From: Octopus vulgaris
Taxonomy: Eukaryota
Assembly: GCA_951406725.2 (NCBI GenBank)
Contig: OX597829.1
Location: 9,796,001-9,860,000, forward strand
Direction of reading: 5' to 3'
Length of the DNA stretch: 64,000 bases
Both the position numbers and the translations under genes were made by a program. The stretch's first letter is position 1; every line of letters begins with the position of its first letter. Below, in pieces: positions 42,594 through 59,522 of the stretch. The notes under the pieces were generated by a model, which was not told the DNA's origin, ran no database searches, and saw only the letters and a program-made list of their open reading frames with translations.

Positions 42594-45560
42594 AATATCA
42601 GCGTTACCCTTTCCTTGCGAGTTTATTGAATGAATGTTGAAGGGTTTTTAAAATCTATTTAAGTATGCAACAGCGGAATGGAAATAACATGTCCGACAAC
42701 ACATGCAAGCATGAGTAAAGAATATAACGTACACACTTAAGAGCATGACGCTTATGTTTCGATAGTATATGAAATACAGGTATGAGTGTACCTTCATCTC
42801 CGTACGTTGATATATTTATATAACACAACAATATGCATATATATATATATATGTATATATACACATACATGTATGTATATGTATATACACATACATGTAT
42901 GTATATGTATATTCATATATGTATCTAAGGATACACACACACACATATAGACATACATACAGATAGGCATATATACATAGATACAAACATAAGACAAGAC
43001 GCATGTGATATTGTGTTATGATTCTGGAAACATCAAAATTGAGTTAAATATTATTGTTTTTATGTTTATTTTGACTAAATATTATTCCGGAAGACTTCAA
43101 ACTAACTTTGACAGAGAGAAAAAAAGTTTCCTCTACCACAGAAAAAATAAAAAAAGAAATGACAAGACCAAATGCAAAAATGTATTGAATCAAAGAAAAT
43201 AAAAATAAAAGGAAAGTTTTGGTGAAAAAGAACGTTTTTTTTTTCAATTAAAAAAGATATTTGTTACCAATGTATGTGATCTCGGTGGGTAATTAACTGC
43301 ATATAACTCGAGAATTCCAAACTGACCAACAGGTTGGCAGCAATATACCAATATTTTTGGTAGAGCTATCAACTTATTCATACCCACTTCAATATGTTCT
43401 AATTATTTTTAGACTATATTTACATCTGACACATAAAAAGAAAAAAATAAAGTAATAAAAAAAAAAACATAATTGATGTCACTTGAGCAGCTATTGTTTT
43501 ATTCCTCTTTAAACTGGATTTATTTTTTTAAGCAGAAAAAAATGACTCTTGTAAATTTTATTATTAATTTACACAAGAAATATCTTTCTTTCATTACAAA
43601 GCTCTTTCATGACATCAATAAAATTGGAATATTAAATAGATTTTAAAAAAGAGAAAAGATTTTTCCCTACAGACGACGGGACTTTTGTGAATCAATGTCA
43701 ATTAATGTAATTAACTCAAACAGCGTAAATACTATTTTCTCCCTCTAGAACCAAGTCTCTATATGTTTCCATGGATACTTTTACCAAAAATTATGTTTCA
43801 ACGGTGGCCTGCAATGGCTGATTTTGAACACTTTTAATCCTGCCTCATTTTTTTCCCACTATTTCCCAGAAACTTGCACACCGTCAATCTCTTTTTTGTT
43901 TCTTTTTTTTTAATAATTTCATGCCAATTTAAGAAATTTACCCTATTTTAAAATAATTTATGGTTAAATAACACTGATATTTGTGTTATTTATATGTATA
44001 GAATTAGAACTTGAACAAACACATCTATTTCATTTTATTTATCCTCATTGTTGTAACAGTTTAAAATGTGCTCGACAAGTATTATGTATTTCTTTGGTGG
44101 GAGCTAGCCTGCCTAAGTCTTGTGCTTTTATTTCTTTTAAAGCTTTGCCATCAATAAAAACGGCACCACACACTCACACACACAATTACAAAATTAAAAA
44201 TATAATAATGATAATAATAATATTAATATAAAACCAGGAGCTATCTTCACCAGTCCAAGCAATCAATGTAGCTGATAAACGTATTGATTAACACAGCTAC
44301 ATATTTGAATATATCAAAATTACTAACTCTTTATATTGGCAACCAGTCAAGTTACTAATTATTGTTTTAAATCGTTTTTTTTTTAATAAGGACGTTATTC
44401 CTTACGGACCAAATTCACGGCTTCTTCATTTATTAAATGGTGTATGAAAAAACATAAAAGGTTGGAGAAATTACAAAATTTTCGATCTTTTAAATTAAAA
44501 AAATGAAAATATATATATATAATTTGTAATATGAGGTTTTATTCCAAACTTATAATTAATTCTTTGTTTGCACTGTCTGTTGGACCAACATTTCTACGAG
44601 AATTAAATCAGTTATTAGAAAAACTTGACTGGAAGAGTAAAATTGCATATAAACATGTTTGATACATGTTTAATAAACAAAAAGCTTGGAGAAGACATGT
44701 TTTCTTTTCAAATTTTGAAGGAAAACTTATGTCACGTGGTTGCTCAAACCCTTTATTAAAATTTCAATGATGAAAATTGTTAAAAAGCACACTGAAATCT
44801 GATATGCCATGTCATGTTACACTCTTCACTTACCATTTTACAAAAGAAAAAAAATGTTTAAAAAAGCGCCTACTAGAATGCTATAAATGTTATCAAACTT
44901 AGATCTGTTTCTTAACAACCTGCCCCTTGTGGTTATTAAAAATTCCAAGCAAAAGGCAGGGCAACAGTGTCTGTTTATAAATAAATTCTTTAACCAATTC
45001 CAAAGAAAGAAGTTGAAGAAAGAAAGAACAAATATTATTGGTCTATGTGAATGGAACCACCATATTCCTACGAGAATCTTTTTGTATTTTTCAATTTTTC
45101 ACTTCATGTATTATTTTTTGTTTTATGAAATGATAAAGCCAACGTTACTTGTCCACATACACACACACACGCACAAATAGACAAAGAGACACACGCAATA
45201 TATATATATATATGTATATATATATGATGCAGGTGTATGTATGTATGTGTGTGTGTGGGAAAGAGAGAGAGAGAGAGAGAGTAAGGCCACGTGTATGTGT
45301 GCGTGCGAGTGCCTCGAATATATGATTGTGTTTGTGTGTACAGTTACAGTTATCTTGTTGGCTTCCCTAAAAGTGGTCCAATTTTTTGAAAATTTAAATC
45401 TTTATTTTTATTGTTTGATATATTCAGGTCACAATTACTCTTTACTATGAAAAAAAAACCGCAAAACAAAAGAAAAAGAAAACTTAAAAACCTCAAAAAT
45501 CTAAACGAAATGATGGATGACCTTTAGGCTAGTGAACTTTTTGAAATTAAAATTGACGCT

Positions 45561-45648
<88 letters not shown>

Positions 45649-45704
45649 GTATATATATACATATATATGTATATATATACATATATATATGTATATATAT
45701 ATAT

Positions 45705-45801
<97 letters not shown>

Positions 45802-48716
45802 ATATAAATACAATTAATTTTTTTGCTTTAAAAACGTATCTATTAGACGAGAAACAACTACTGCTATGTATCACTCATATACATACTTTATTGTTCAATG
45901 ATAAATGTTATAATTGAAACTCTACGATATGGTTATGCCACAAATCATGTCAAAATGATTCAACTTGAAGAATGGTTATTTATCTCATTCTTTAAATTAT
46001 GAATACTCTATTTTACATTAATATTCTCTCTAATTAATGTTTTTTTTACATAATTAAGAAATGCTAAGTAAGAAGAATGTTATCTAGTGAAAAATTTCAC
46101 AAATCAGTCTTATGATTAGTTATGAACATACTGACGTATTTAATTTTAATTATTTTTGAACAGTATGAAAAAGCTAATAGAGAATGAAAACTGGTTTTAT
46201 TTTATTAATGGCACTAAAAATTTATTTATACTCCCTTCCATTCCTATAATACGTCATTCCTAATATATAGCCATTCCTATAAAATAGCCATTCCTCTTAT
46301 ATTGTCAAAATATGTGACGAAAAGCCTAAACGGATGATGAGAAAATGCAGAACTGATCGAACCAAATATCATGAATTAATGATTTACACTAGTTTTCTAC
46401 TCTGAATAAATCTCTACCTAGAGAAAGTTGCTTTTGACTGAGTCGGTTACGATCCTGGCAAGCATTTTTCTCTCATCCATAAAATGGCATGAATCCAAGA
46501 TTGAAGCAATTGCTTTGCTATCTATAGAAAACACAGACATATTCACATACCCACACATATACACATTTGTGTGCTTGTGTGTAAAATTTTATATATACGT
46601 CAGCATATGTGTGCGTGCGTACGTGTGTGTGTATAAACTGTTTTTGAAAGAAAAGATGAAACAATAGAGAAAAGTATATCGGTACATATGTGTTTCAAAT
46701 TTCTGCAAGTTATTTTAAAAACAATGGTTCATTCCATGAAAAATATTCCAGAATAATTTAAGAGTACAGAATTGTAGGTCGTAAACAGCGTGAGTCTTTA
46801 GGAAGAAATGTACTGTATCTCGGTTATATATTTCCAAATATGAAATCATAAGTATGTCAACTGTACAATAATTATATACGTATTTTATATTAGTATATAT
46901 TGATGGCATTAACCATGTGATACACCATACAATAAACACTTAAAATCTACATTCGAAAATATAACTAACTCTAATTTGAAGTAAAATTCAGAGTTAAGAA
47001 TCATATATAATAAATATGATTTTTACTGTAACAGTATTTAATGAGCTTTAATCTTGCTAAGATCATTTGCCCTCAGACATGTGCGTGCTGTGTGAGTATG
47101 CATGTGCGTTAATCTATGTATGTATGTGTAAAATGTTTGTTATATATTTTTGGTGGATATTTGCATTTCAGTAGTGATTTTATTCGTAATTCTTGGTTTC
47201 ATTCCAAGCAATAAAAATATTATCCTTATTGCAAGATATTTTCCCTTTTTTAATTTCACTACGTGTAATGTGTTTGCGAAAGCATTGTATAAGAAAACAA
47301 ATATTATCCTACATATTACATAATTTGTAATATTTAGGTAATATTGAAAAAATTTAGCCAATCTCTTGTTTCTTAAAGAATCGTTTTTATTAATTAATAT
47401 TTCATTGATTGTTCCAATGATTAGATATTTGAAAAGAAGGGAAAATTGAGTGAGAGGATTAAAGCGAAGTAGAAGCGTGGGCAATGGCAATTCTTAGTTA
47501 ATATGATATGAAATGAAAAAAAAAAGTAACATGAACGGTGTTAGTTTCCTATTTTGCTTCAATGCATTGAATCTCCTGAAACATAATTATGTTCAGTTTG
47601 CATGTTTATACATGTATGAAATATAGATTTAAGCATGTATTAATATATTTTCAAGAAAGCGAGAAGAGAAAGAAATTGTGAGAAAGATCAAAAACATTTA
47701 GTAAAGGTTTTGTTAAAGGTTTTACAAATTGTTAAAAAAAATTATGAGTAAAAAATAAAAACTTTATATAAAATGCATCATTCTTATACGGTTAATGACA
47801 AGAGTTTAATTTTAAAACTCAGTTCCAATTTATTGATACGTTGAGTATTGTGCATATGTATCCATTTTGTGTAAGTGTCTGTGTGTGTGTTGAGAGAAAA
47901 CAATGTAATTCATAATTTGAGACCACTTTAATCGAAAATTGATATTGAAATACAACTAAATTAATCTGAACTGTACAATATGATACAATATTGATGCATG
48001 CTTGAAAACTTCCATTTAAGGGAGATAGCCTTAGATTTTGGTAAACTTTAGAGAAATCTGAACAAAAGTTATAAGTCAATTCCTCCAAAATCAATCTGCT
48101 TCAGTATTTATTCTACATCTTCGTTGAACTTGTATGGCTGTTATCTAATGAGTTCATTTACTGTTCCACGAGTGCTACGTTTTAGGATTATAGTTGTCAT
48201 ACATGTGATTCTATAATCATGCTCATAAAACAGACATATGAAACCATTTTATGCGATATAGTATAAGGTAAAATGATTGCCTACGTGGGTTTCCTTACTG
48301 ATTGTGTGGGTATCCTCACAAGAAGGCAACTATGATAAAATAAACTAATGAAGAAATTTAAATATCCAATTATTGTATTTTAATCCATTCTCTCTAGTGG
48401 CATATCACCATTGACTACAGATCATAATGAATCTTTGAATTTTCTACTGTTAATCGGTATTGTGATTTATTTCGAAATTAGTAATTCCTTCAAAACTAAT
48501 TCGGAAAATACTGTGAAAATTCATTGATGACGTGAGAATATGACGAAAACATGCCCAGTGTTATCTGGCGTACATGTCGGAAAAATGAATATAACGTTAG
48601 TCATTGGCTAATATAAATATTTTTTCTTTACACGCATATTTATTTCTACTTAGATCTTTATACTTCATGGACTAGTATATTAGAAATAATTTGTTTTTGA
48701 TTTGAACATTGCAAAG

Positions 48717-48767
<51 letters not shown>

Positions 48768-48830
48768 TATATGTATATATATATATATATATATTTACAT
48801 ATATATATATATATACATGTATATATATCT

Positions 48831-48887
<57 letters not shown>

Positions 48888-49195
48888 CATATATATACAA
48901 CAAAACAGTAACATGATAATTCTTTTACGTTAAATTAATTGACCTGAATTTAAATTTGGAATAATCATTTAAAATCGAACAAACAGAATGAGCCATCCAT
49001 CATTGAATGTAAAAAAAAAGAGAAAGAATAAATAATTGGAAAAAATAAAAGTTTTTTTCTCATAAAAAAAATATTTTTTTTATAAAATCACGACTACCCC
49101 CGAAATTGCAAACGAAGTGAATAATGACACAAAAGCAAGCATTATAAAAATACAACAAAGAAATATATATATGTATATATATGTATATATATATG

Positions 49196-49308
<113 letters not shown>

Positions 49309-49469
49309 TACCTGTGCATTTGAGTATTGGTATTTAATTAATTAAATAAATAAATAAATATGAAACCATAGCTAATGTGTCTGAAATATGTCATGGATAT
49401 TATATTAAACTATCATATAAAAAATGTTTCTTGTTTTAATTTTTTGTCCTATTCGGTTTCCTTTTTTCT

Positions 49470-49895
<426 letters not shown>

Positions 49896-50386
49896 TTGTT
49901 ATAATTTAATATTTATAATAATAATAATAATTTTAAAATTTCGTTTATTTATTCTAATTTCCTTTTTACATTATTTTGAAGCAAACAGACACCCACACAC
50001 ACAAAGAAAGTTCATGAAACAACCATTTCATAATGGATGCTAATATTGTCATCATAAGGGCGAAAAAATATAAATAAAATACAATATCCTTTATCATTAT
50101 TGTCGTTGTAATAAATTGTACATTAATTCGCATTATTTTTGTAAACCATCTGTTGTTCTTGCTCCCATTAAATTCAGTATTTGGTTCCAAACGTTTCATA
50201 CTAAAAAACGTTTCTACTAGCTGGAGCAATACCTGCTTTCCGATGATATGGGTCACGTTTAAGATTATATACTCAACATTAGACAGATCAAGACTTTAAT
50301 CATTATATGATCACATCTGTTCATCATGTAATGTGCATGAAATATGTCTGAATACCTGAGCATATATATATTTATATGTGTGTGTG

Positions 50387-50417
<31 letters not shown>

Positions 50418-50679
50418 TTACACATATATAATTAGGCATCAAGAATTAAGGCAAGGCAAATATCTCAAGTCATATACAATATTATAATAGGAAGAAATTC
50501 GAAATCTTACAGCTGTGTCTGGGATATCCCCAGCGTACCTAATCGTTTAGAACTAAACCTCCATACGTCGTACATATTTAGATGAAGTTAAATATATGTC
50601 CGGTTATATGTAACTTCATGTAAATACATTACTGGTCTAGCTTTTAGAGTGTGCTTCTTTCTCGCATACATGATCCACT

Positions 50680-50720
<41 letters not shown>

Positions 50721-51034
50721 CACACACATTCCCTATTTTAGCGTCTGCACATGCATATGTATATAAATTCTGATTGAGGAAATAGTAGATGATCATTGAG
50801 ATCTGCAAACAATCAACTTCATTTCTGCAGATCTATTGAAATGACGCAGGAAACACTTAGTCCTAGTTAAAAAGTTAAATTTTGAGAAGAAATCTTCGGA
50901 AACTATTATTTGAATATATTCAAGTTTATAAGTTCGTCTTCGTGAAGAAAACAAGCATCAAGCGACAAAAGCAAATGAATGAAAATGAAAATGGAAGCAA
51001 TAACAGCATCGACTCTTTAACATCACATACACAT

Positions 51035-51146
51035 CGATGATATTACACCCATCGTAGAGTTTTCTCTGAAGAAAGAAAATTTTGCGCAGTAAAAGATTCT
51101 ATAACACATTATCGCATGACTATATTTCGGAATATAATTTATTGTG

Positions 51147-51209
<63 letters not shown>

Positions 51210-51834
51210 ATATGTGTATATATAATATACACACACACAAATATATACATATATACATATATATGAATGTATGAATATATATATGGATGCATACATGCTT
51301 GCATGTATAATTGTGTGTGTATGACAAATAGAGAGAGAGAGAGAGGGAGAGAGAGAGAGAGGCAGACAGAGCTGGGATGTTTTATGTGAATTATACAAAA
51401 TCTCTTTTGTATAATTTGTTGAGGAAACTTCAGCAAATTTCAGTTTCTCTAATTATACAGTTTATATTCCTTATCATCGTTTAGAAGGTCCAATTGATGT
51501 TCCTGATTTTATCATTCTTACAGCACGTGATTACGCAAGGTGATACTTTCAAACATAAAAAGAATTTAGTATTTTGAAATGGCAGAATCCACAGAGCGTC
51601 GCGGGAAAATGCCTTGTGGCATTACTTCTGGCTTTTATGTTCTGGCTCTTTAGTTTAAATCCAGTCCAAGGTCAACTTTGCCGTTCATCTTTTCATGGAC
51701 AATAAAATAAACAACCAAAAGTCTGGCTAAATTCCTCACCTCAAAACTTCGAGCCTTGTGCCTAAATTATAAGTAGTTGGAGCAGCAACAGCAGCAGCAA
51801 CACCAGAAGTAGTATTAGTAGTAGTAGTAGTAGT

Positions 51835-51868
<34 letters not shown>

Positions 51869-51963
51869 TTAGCAGCAGCAGCAGTAGTAGTAGTAATAAT
51901 AATTATAACAATTATTATTATTGTTGCTGCTGTTGTTGTTGTTGTTGTGGGTTTGGGTTGTTG
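51035..51963 (+). repeat. Local direct duplication, copy A (empty site)
   Basis: Near-identical to 60418-61884 except for the 60577-61095 insert. Confidence 0.92.
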
Positions 51964-53513
51964 GCTTTGGTGGTGGTGGTGGTGGTGATGGTGGTGTTGG
52001 TGGCGGCGGTGGTGTTTCTGTCACTGGTGTTGTTATTGTCGTCGATGTTGTTGGTGTCGATAACGTAATTTTTGTAGTTGTTGAAATATATATTGCAACA
52101 CATTCTCAAGTTTGAATTCTCCTCTCTAATACTTTTTACGACAGTTTCAAGTATTATTTGGAGATAAAAATAACAACTCAGGATTTCATATCAGTCATAT
52201 GACCAACACGTTAACGTTAAAAGCCTTGGCTTATCACTTCAGTATTTTCTTAAAATTTAAGAACCACATTATTTAAATCAATAATCTGGATGATCATATG
52301 TCTTTCAAAACAATACGATCTGGTGACAATATTTGGCTAAATTTGAATTTAAAAGAATACTGCTCTAATTATGTAATTCAATCTAAAGACTCAAAGGACC
52401 AACCGTTTTCCGTTGCTTAAGATTTTCTTCATATTCAAACAACAGCGATGACAGTGACATCGGTGATGACATGTCTTAAATATTAAACTGATATTGAAAA
52501 GGTTTATAATAAATTGAAAACGAATTGTTAGATGTGCAATTTAGGAAAAAATATAGGTTTATTTAAGGGGAATATTAAGATAGTTTTCAATGTCAAATTC
52601 AGTCTACTTTGAAATAACATATCTATAGATTTATTTCACGATATAAATTGAGTTCATTTGGAAAATTAGCATCCCAAAATCATTGATACACTTATTTTAA
52701 TTCTTTACATTTTGTTGATATTTCCATTATTTAGAAGGACTTCAACAAATATGGACTTAGTGTATGTATGCTTGCGTGTGTTCGAACCGTTCTATGCAAC
52801 ATTTGTGAATATTTGTGTTTCAACGAGTGCATATAGATTTCTCTTTATGCTTATGTACGAGTCTAATAAGGAGCTAATGCATTTCGGGATTAATTAGAAT
52901 CAACGAGTGCAGAGAATTTCTATAAAAAGAAAATGGTTTTCATGAAAGCTTTATCAAAAGTGACAGACGAAAGACTTCCTTGTACTTGGACTTCAGATCT
53001 TGAAAAGAAGTAAATCAGATGGAAAGAAATTATCAGCTGGTCCCAATATATCTGCTCTACACCATGTACTGAGTACGCTTTTCTGGAATAAGAATCATAG
53101 AGGCATATCCGTATGCGCTGGTGCACATATATATATGCATGCTGTACACATAAATGCATACTGTACACACACATACTTTATAAATTATAATATATGTATG
53201 CATTATAATACATTTATATACATAGATATGTTATATATATACATGCATACATATGTGAATATATATATATGTATATATTTGTATATATATGTATATACAT
53301 ATGATCAGGCAATAAAAGCCATCTGACTCTTCCCGCCGTTGAGCTAACTGAGCGTAGAAGAGTTAGCGGTTGTTAGTGGAAGCAATGATTCCATTTGCTC
53401 ATTTTACTGGTGCTTTGTGTTAAAGTCTCAAGAATAATTAAAGGCAGCGTTGCTTTTGGTAGAATTTGAACCCGGAAATTACGGAGCAGGAATAAATGCC
53501 CCAATGCATTTAG

Positions 53514-53553
<40 letters not shown>

Positions 53554-55195
53554 TCACATGCTAATCTATAACAATACAAACTTTAAAAAGTAGATAAAAA
53601 TGATAAGGCAAAGTCTCATTGTCTATTGTATTTATAAGAATAACATAAAAATATCTTTTGGTATGTGTCTGCGTCACTCCTTTACGTTTATCGGTTCAAT
53701 CCACGCACGGTACAAATTTGCCTGAAATCTTTCAAGGCTTGATATGATATAGTGCTATTTAAATATTTTGGTCAAGATATGTATGTAGTCATGTGCAGAT
53801 AGTTATCATTCTCATTAATATCAAGACATTATTTGCACAAACTGTCATGTGCTGGACTAAAATACTATTCAGTCTTTAATTATGTATGCTTATGTTCCGA
53901 GCTGAAATCCCTTAGCTTCTTCACATTCAAGAATAAACGAAATATTAGTGATTGGTCGATTAAATCTACTGTACACCTCACCAATTACTCTGTGAGACAA
54001 TGCCAAAATACGAAATCATTCAACATTAATATCGCATTATTATCATTATCACAATTATTTTTAATATCCCATCGTCATACTATGTATAGCAGCATAATGC
54101 TATGTCACTTAATATTCAGTATAATGGAGACAAGTATTGTTATATCTTAAATATTGCATTCAAATATCCTTTTGCCATATTCACAAACGAAAAGTGACAC
54201 GTTCTTCACATCCTTCTATCCTCTAAAGTACTCAAGAGAAAATAAGCATAAGAATTCTTTTGATGTTGCTAGGTAGGTATGATACATATGATATTGCATA
54301 TTATAGATGAATATTTTGAACAGTTGCATTAAGGTAAATATATTACATCTCAAGAAAAATCTGATTGTATTTCAATTTATGTAACCCAAATTATATATTC
54401 GACTTTAGCTGAAAGATCAAAATCTTAGACTGGATAGTTGCAGAGAAGATTTTGAGATAAAATCTTAATATATTATAGGTTTTTCTTGTCCAAGGAAAGA
54501 TTCCCAGTGCTATTAAACTAACAATGAGTGCAAATTATTGTTTCCCAGTTAACTGGGTACAAATAGAGAGTAACGTCTAGCTGTCATAAGTAATTATTAT
54601 AAACACTAGCAAATATACAGATTTGTAAAATATATTCAGTATTTAAAAAAACATGAAAATATTTACATAAAACAATTAGAGAAGACAATCGAAAAAGTAT
54701 CATTAAAAGTGAGGCAGGCCCTCTTTAACTTTTGATTATATTTTAGTCTAATGAAAAATTTCGTTGAAGTGCAATATGCCTATATGCAAAGAGACTCATT
54801 TTCAATTTCATGCTTAGATAAACGACGATTGAACAAACAGATTTCTTTACGTACGACAACATATAATACACAAGTATCGAATCACAAACTAGCGGTCGTC
54901 AATAAAGTACAGAATATTAAATATTTCTTCACTATATGCCAAATGAGTGTACTTCACATACACAGAGCTTCCGGAAAATCTTAAACATGGAGAGCATATA
55001 AGATAACAACTTATACAAGAAAGAAGAAACTCGAATTTGAGACATTTCGTGATCAATAAAATGCAATTTTACGAATAATTATCATCGATTTTTAAAGAAC
55101 AACGCAACAGAGATAAACAAAGATATATTAACTTAGGTATGTATATACGTACATATATAAGTTTATAAGTGAATGTGAGTATACACACATACATA

Positions 55196-55236
<41 letters not shown>

Positions 55237-55324
55237 ATATATATGTATATATGTATACAAATACATACATATGTATACAAATATATACATGTATACATAT
55301 ATATAAATATATATAAATATATGT

Positions 55325-55395
<71 letters not shown>

Positions 55396-55431
55396 GCATA
55401 TATATACGTATATATATGTATACGTATATAT

Positions 55432-55481
<50 letters not shown>

Positions 55482-55610
55482 ACATATATGTATCTATCTA
55501 TCTATATATATATATATGATATTAATTCGAGACAAAACCACTATTTTGCAAAACAAACAAGGAAAGACTTAATCAATACATAAAAATTTTTAATATAAAG
55601 AAATAAACCG

Positions 55611-55653
55611 CCACTACAATCGTTTCATGTCTTCAATGACATTCGTCAGGTGG
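55611..55653 (-). ncRNA. Minimal type-I hammerhead ribozyme, inverted copy
   Basis: Exact reverse complement of 55869-55911 in the left arm of the palindrome. Confidence 0.85.
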
Positions 55654-55868
55654 ATTTTCGATCTCCTAATCTGTTTTAATTTATGAAGTGAATTCAAACT
55701 CTAGCCGTTATAACTTTAAACAAAATTACGTTACCATAGAAACCGAACATATTTATAAATTTTTTATAAATATGTTCGGTTTCTATGGTAACGTAATTTT
55801 GTTTAAAGTTATAACGGCTAGAGTTTGAATTCACTTCATAAATTAAAACAGATTAGGAGATCGAAAAT

Positions 55869-55911
55869 CCACCTGACGAATGTCATTGAAGACATGAAAC
55901 GATTGTAGTGG
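55869..55911 (+). ncRNA. Minimal type-I hammerhead ribozyme (canonical core)
   Basis: CCAC-CUGACGA-AUGUC[AUUGAA]GACAU-GAAA-C[GAUU]G-UA|GUGG: stem I 4 bp, stem II 5 bp, short stem III, GUA site with predicted cleavage after 55907. Confidence 0.85.
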
Positions 55912-56127
55912 CGGTTTATTTCTTTAAATTAAAAATTTTTATGTATTGATTAAGTCTTTCCTTGTTTGTTTTGCAAAATAGTGGTTTTGTCTCGAATTAA
56001 TATTATATAATATTTTACTATAAAATTGGATTTAATCCTAAATCTGATTTTTCCCTGTAAATTTGGATTTATTCCCTAATATTTATTATTATATATATAT
56101 ATGTATATATGTATTCATACACACACA

Positions 56128-56181
<54 letters not shown>

Positions 56182-56459
56182 AACATGCATGCATATATAT
56201 ACATGTATATATATATAGATACATATACATACATATATGTATATATATATGTATATATATATATACATATATACATGCATATATATACAGACATATATAC
56301 ATACATATACATATATACATATATATGCGTACATATATACATATATATATAGATATATATATGTATAAATACATATGTGCATATATATATACATACATAC
56401 ACAATTATATACATACATATATACATATACATACTTATACAAACACACACACACACATA

Positions 56460-56497
<38 letters not shown>

Positions 56498-57226
56498 CAT
56501 ACACATATATATATGTATATACACATATTCATATATATATATAAATTTAATCGTTAAGACAACGTACGGAATGACATTGTAAGATAATACCCACAGATGT
56601 CAACATTCTTAGGAAGTTAGATAGCTTCGCGATAACTAAACAATAAACACATATTTTAATCCTCTTAGACATTGAGCAAGTCAATAAGTAAATATTTTTT
56701 GCCCTCCATAACCAGCCATTTCATAAAATTTAAAGCCATCCACTTTTAGCTTCATGTCCCCAACATTGCCGTATACAAGTCACCAAACTAGATGACACTA
56801 TCTTTTGTATCCTCACAACATACCTGCTTTATTATCATATTTTTATTTTCTTTCTTCTTTTGTTCCATTTTGCTTTGTTTTGATATGATGTTGTTTTGTT
56901 AGTGTATTTTTTTTATTTTAATACTTTTCTCTTATTTTCATTTTTTTAAATATATGTGTATATACACGAGACGTTTTTCTTTTCTTCAATTCAAGAAGGA
57001 AAATTCCCATAAAATATATTTATTTATTTTTTAATTTATATATATTGTGTGTATATATACATTGTGTATATATATATGTAAAAATTCATATATATAGGCA
57101 TATATAAACACACATTTGTACGCATACATAAATGTGAATTAAATATGTATAATATATGGTTCACGATTATATACATAGATGAAAATATACAATTGTATAT
57201 ACATGTATGCATACTTACAAATTTAC

Positions 57227-57292
<66 letters not shown>

Positions 57293-57820
57293 ATGCATGT
57301 ATATTTACACTAAAAATGCATATGCATATATATACACCCCCACATATATATACATATACTATGCATACATACATGCTATATCATACCATATATAAATATA
57401 TACGATACAAGCCTACATATATGCATACAGACATATACACATATATAAAGATACAAAGAACTATACTTTATGATGGAGTAAATGGAAATAAAAAAGATTA
57501 AAAGACATTGACAATACTTCAAGTAAGAAGTGATGTGATTTTTAAATTTTTTAATAAAAATAAAAATAATAAATAAGCAAAAAAAAAATTATAATATAAT
57601 TACAACAAAACGTTCATTAATTTTTTTCTCCTCTTGAACGCCATGATTTAAAATTTGTACATTGTCATATGCTGTTTTGTTGTTAAGATAATTGTAACTC
57701 CTTTTGTTGTTTTTTTTTCATGTTGAAGCTTCTCTTGACATAGTTATAAAATTCTGTAAAAGATATTTGTTTTACACTGTCATGTATATCTACTGGACTA
57801 TTACAAAAATAAATAAAAAA

Positions 57821-57860
<40 letters not shown>

Positions 57861-57929
57861 GAACTTACCCAATTGATTACTCTACACTTTGAGGCCATGA
57901 ATCGAGATTATTATTAATTATTATTATTA

Positions 57930-57995
<66 letters not shown>

Positions 57996-58508
57996 GAGTG
58001 AGAGAGCAGTTCATGCCATCAAAGTGACACTGGGGTAAAATATACGAAGCCTAATATACCCATCATGACTACCCGTCTGATAAAGGTACACCAGGCACAT
58101 GCATCACAACCATATGTGCGTGACATGGTGATCTCATATCAAGATAAACAGCACATGACCTTGCAGGTGGGGCCCAGTCAGAATTTTCTTCAGGTCGAGT
58201 AACCCATCCCACTCGAAAGGTCCCTGAATAAGGGTTGTTTAAGGATGTTGAACGAAACACCCATATTTCCATTGGTGAATGATTCAAACTCCAAAGTATC
58301 CCTCTCAACACATGGCTATGATGCTACCCCACTACTTCTGCTCGTGATCAGAGATGCACATATCGTCAGCCACTAAGGGACATGCTCAACTAGTTAAGGT
58401 CAAACAACTGACAAGCAAATCTGTGGTATTGAGCAGAATATTTGCTGTAGCCCATCCTTTATACCAAGACAAAACAATGTACATGATAACACTTCCAATC
58501 AGTTAAGA
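57996..58508 (-). mobile_element. (TAA)n-tailed non-coding retroposon, copy 1
   Basis: Highly similar to 59037-59524 and 18433-18942. All share the left end gagt(g/a)agag next to (ATT)n. Confidence 0.8.
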
Positions 58509-58665
58509 TTATTATTATTATTATTATTATTATTATTTAAAATTCGCAGTTGGTTTTGTATCGGGTATTTTATCCGTTATATGTTTATTAGTATTTTGCT
58601 CTCAGACGTTGCACTTGTGACAATAACATAGACTATTACTATTATTTTTACTATTAGTATTATTA

Positions 58666-58795
<130 letters not shown>

Positions 58796-58826
58796 TACTA
58801 TTATTATTGTTATTATCATTATTATT

Positions 58827-58858
<32 letters not shown>

Positions 58859-59036
58859 TATTTTTTTATATTTTAGTTTGTTCTCTGAGGTTTTAAAAAT
58901 TCATTTGTTCAAACAGTTTGAATACATATAATGTAATTTTTTGAATGCTACAGATGTATTTAAGAGACTAAAAGAATTTTAGGCATTAAAAATAGTTCAT
59001 CATAATTTTGCATTTAATATTATTATTATTATTATT

Positions 59037-59522
59037 GAGTGAGAGCGCAGTTCATGCCATCAAAGTGACACTGGGGTAAAATATACGAAGTCCAATATAC
59101 CCATCATGACTACCCGTCTGATAAAGGTACACCAGGCACATGCATCACAACCATATGTGCGCGACATGGTGATCTCATATCAAGATAAACAGCACATGAC
59201 CTTGCAGGTGGGGCCCAGTTAGAATTTTCTTCAGGTTGAGTAGCCCATCCCGCTCAAACGGTCCCTGAATAAGGGTTGTTTAAGGATGTTGAAAGAACCA
59301 CCCATGTTTCCAGAGGTGAACTATTCAAACCCCAAAGAATCCCTCTCAACACATGGCTATGATGCTCCCCCACTACTTCTGCTCATGATCAGAGATGCAC
59401 ATATCGTCAGCCACTAAGGGACATGCTCAACTGGTTAAGGTCAAACAACTGACAAGCAAATCTGTGGTATTGAGCAGAATATTTGCTGTAGCCCATCTTT
59501 TATACCAAGACAAAACAATGTA

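Larger units (their letters stand above)
55519..56090 (+). mobile_element. Penelope-like non-coding foldback insert: ~241-bp inverted arms, 3-nt loop, ~80-bp tail
   Basis: 55519-55759 is the reverse complement of 55763-56003 with one mismatch seen. Each arm holds a hammerhead. Unpaired tail to ~56090; (TA)n on both sides. Confidence 0.8.

Noticed and set aside
46238-46296. Short cattcct-based repeats, considered as CRISPR-like
   Set aside because: Degenerate minisatellite without spacers, in eukaryotic DNA.
50430-50680. tcttacagctgtgtc motif and small hairpin; similar gaaacagctgtt at ~34700
   Set aside because: Probably decayed pLTR remnants, but the cores are incomplete.
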